Part shown: positions 61,248-64,000 of the stretch, piece after piece
How positions within the stretch are numbered: the stretch's first letter is position 1
How the letters are laid out: every line of letters begins with the position of its first letter
Origin: Eutreptiella sp. 'Long Island Sound 2002'
Taxonomy: Eukaryota; Protista; Euglenida
NCBI GenBank assembly: GCA_964036045.1
Contig: OZ038378.1
Location: 10,664,001 to 10,728,000, forward strand
Direction: 5' to 3'
DNA length: 64,000 nucleotides
Program-made: the position numbers and the translations under genes
The notes under the pieces: generated by a model
Told to the model about the DNA's origin: nothing
Seen by the model: the letters and a program-made list of their open reading frames with translations, nothing else
The model's database searches: none

Positions 61248-64000
61248 GGAGGGCCACATGATGTGCTTCCGATGCAGTCATCACTCATCCTGGAAACACA
61301 GAGGCAGCGCACTGCACGCCAGCGTGCATGGGGGACGGGCTTGCGCGAGAGCCTGGACACGGCACAGACCAGGACCGGCGTTGAGGCCAAAAGAAAAAAA
61401 GCGCCGTATCCAGTACAGCAGTCAACTGACGGGGCCATGTCACTTGACAATGGGCAGTGGTTCGCTAATTAGTGACATGGGCAGTAGCCCGGTGGCGATG
61501 AGCAGTAGACCGACAGCAGTCGGCAGCTGCAGAACGGCGTTGGTGCTCAACCAGCACATTTTCGTTGCCAAGGGTGCATTTGTTATTTTGGTCAAGCGCC
61601 ACCCGGACCTCGCAGAGCCTGCTGCAAAGACACTGTGGCTGTGAGCTAGACCATTCAATGAGATGATGATGGTTGACCGTACATTCATCTTCATCCGGGT
61701 TGTTAGAGTCCCATGGATGACAGAGCCCATGTTTTGTCCCCGTTGTATCAGATGGCCGCACATGAGCTTTACTAAGGGGGGGGGGGGGGATGCTGGGGAG
61801 ATTCGGGTGCAACCGGGCTGACGTAACCTCAAAACCGATTTTGCTTCCGGACATGTTAAGTGTGCTGTGTACCTCATCTTGTGTATTCCACCGAGGCACC
61901 ATTTGCCACTCCTTGCAGAGAGGGTTTGGGGGGCTGAAAGGATTGATGAAAGTTGAATCTTCCAGCAAGGCCGCCATCCATGCAGAAGATTGATGAGGGT
62001 TGTTGCAGATCATGAGCTGCGTTTCAGGCCATGAGGTGTTGAGAGCTCTTGAAGGTTGCTCAACGTGCGGGTGGATGCTGCTTGAGGGCTGTTGCCCGTC
62101 GGAGCGAGGCACACAAACTTGTTGGGAGCTGTTGAGGGGTGGATGAGCGGCCGGTGCATCATTGACACTTTGTTGAGGGCAGTGGAGGGCTGAGTAACGG
62201 ATTCAGGATCACCCAGTCTTGCTGGTGAGTGTGCGACCCTTTTGGCTGGGGGTCACAACTGTGAGGCTTTGAGTCGTGACCAGCCGGGTTTGTAGCCTCT
62301 CCTCCAATGCTGTCAGCAGATCAATGTGCAAATTGCGTGCTCCGTGTATTTCTGGGCAACAATGGTGCAATAGAAAGGTTCACCATGTTGAGGCAGTCGG
62401 CGAATCATCTCGAACGAATTGTCAGATCATGCGCAGGTGCAATAAACTGCACTTGGGTACATTCGAGGGGGTAGTTTTGCAGCATTCCCCTACGGGTTGA
62501 ATTCGGGAGCTTTCTCCATTTGAAAGCATCGGTTAAGAAGCATTTCCCCGCAAAAAAAAAATTTTGGACTTCGGCCTAGCCAAGCCCCCAAAAGGCTGAG
62601 AACCAACTGTTTGGGTGCCACTGTTGTCTTGTGTTTGCTGACGTCTCCTGATGAGGGTCTGTGGGTGTGTACACACAGCCTTGTGACCCCACCCTGATCG
62701 TGGGGATTTAGACAGGGGCTCGTTCTTCATCCGTAGCCCGCAAGGATTGCAGCAATCTGCCCCCGGAGGCGGCTACTCCCCTGCCAGCACCGACAAGCTC
62801 CACATTCGTTATTCCCAGACCGTGAGGTCTGAAGGGTGCCCTGAGAATGATATGGGAAGTGTAACGCCGGGGGGTGGGGGGGGACGGATCACGGAGTGTC
62901 ACACATCAGCGGTGCACTGCATTTCCAGGCATTTTGCCCGTGGTGTTTCAAGTAGAGTGTGCTCCCTGCGTCATTAATCCGCGGCCTTTCTGTACTCAGA
63001 CTGAAGGTCTGTCGGTTCTGTGGATGGGCGACTGGGCAACAGGGAAAAGGGTGGAAAACATTTGAATCCGGCGCACATGGTCGCACCCAACATAGCCTCC
63101 CACAGTTCACCCCGTGCGCCTATGAAGCGTCTGGGCAGCAGGGCAGCAGGGCAGCAAGGGACAGGAGGAGACGCGCATCGTTCTCCTGCACCGCAACTCC
63201 ATGCGCATAACAACAGTGAAGACATCGAGACTAAGTAGAACACGAAGTGGTAAATGTGCAAAAGAAAAGTTAATGACTGAAGCTCACCGAAGTTTCGGCC
63301 GCCGAATTTGCAGCTGGCCTTCAGGGCGGCCCTCAGGTGTCCATCACGATGCGCCCCGCGTGTGGCGCGTGGGGAGACAGGACACCCCGAGCCTGCGAGG
63401 GTTTACGATGCCTGCGAGACAACACCTCATGGCTCTTGCTCTGCACCACCCCTGCCCCCCTCACTGCCCACTTGCCAAATACCATGAGTCGGACTCAGGC
63501 GGTTTTCCACTCATCGGTGTTCTGCACCAAAGCACATCTGATGGAAACCCCCCTTAGGGGCTGTTCCACAAAGGTCTGCTCCTGCTGCCCAGTTCCTGCA
63601 AGCGCCGGCAGGCTTCGCATTCAGCCAAGCCCCCGAAGTGCAAGTGGCAAAAGTCTCGAACGGTGTGGCGCCCTTCCGCCGAACTACAAACACGTGGGAT
63701 TGTGGGCGCAAAGGCACATTCTGTCATGAGGTTGGGGGGAGGGGGGCCGGAACTTTTAGTCCTCTTGCCGTGGGTTGCGGTGTGCACCCGGGCGTTGCCT
63801 AGTGACGCCCACACGGGGGGCGGGGTTTTTGGGGGGGCCCGACGGCGGGGCTTACCCCCCTCCCCCCCCCCCCAAGCACCCAGACGAACTCCTCAGACCA
63901 GGACCAGCAAAGTGAATCAGCGGGAGCCCAGTCAAGGGAAAGTGACAGCGGAGAGCCACTGCCTAAGGGAAGGGGGGGTGCCGCCCTGACCCGTCCCATC

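Noticed and set aside
63337-63729. RPACGAWGD... considered as a third LINE CCHC fragment
   Set aside because: It lacks the CxxC and His spacing, so the support is insufficient.

Overview
Eukaryotic nuclear DNA, intron- and repeat-rich, with many poly-G/poly-C tracts. No rRNA, tRNA or CRISPR array was recognised. By joining ORF fragments at GT(GC)-AG boundaries I reconstructed six spliced genes, all on the minus strand, covering about 12% of the window. They encode a 7-repeat RCC1 protein with a SAM-like tail, a TIGR02452/DUF2263 (microbial PARG-like) macrodomain with two CCCH fingers, a TBC1D20/Gyp8 Rab-GAP, a PLAC8 protein, a bacterial-like class I SAM methyltransferase and a DCAF5/WDR22-like WD40 protein. 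The uniform strand and the splice acceptors a few nt upstream of several ATGs suggest spliced-leader trans-splicing, as in Euglenozoa (inference only). The rest is transposon debris (pogo DDE remnant, two LINE 3' fragments), tandem repeats and nested non-autonomous TIR elements whose target-site duplications (TSDs) can be checked against empty sites inside the window. The most unusual items are (1) an ~808-bp element with 3-bp TSDs, arrays of a palindromic 11-mer and a small cargo ORF with its own splice acceptor, (2) the PARG-like/CCCH fusion, and (3) a (CTG)24(TTG)77 tract serving as a 3' splice-site tract. All coordinates and counts were made by hand; no database search was run.
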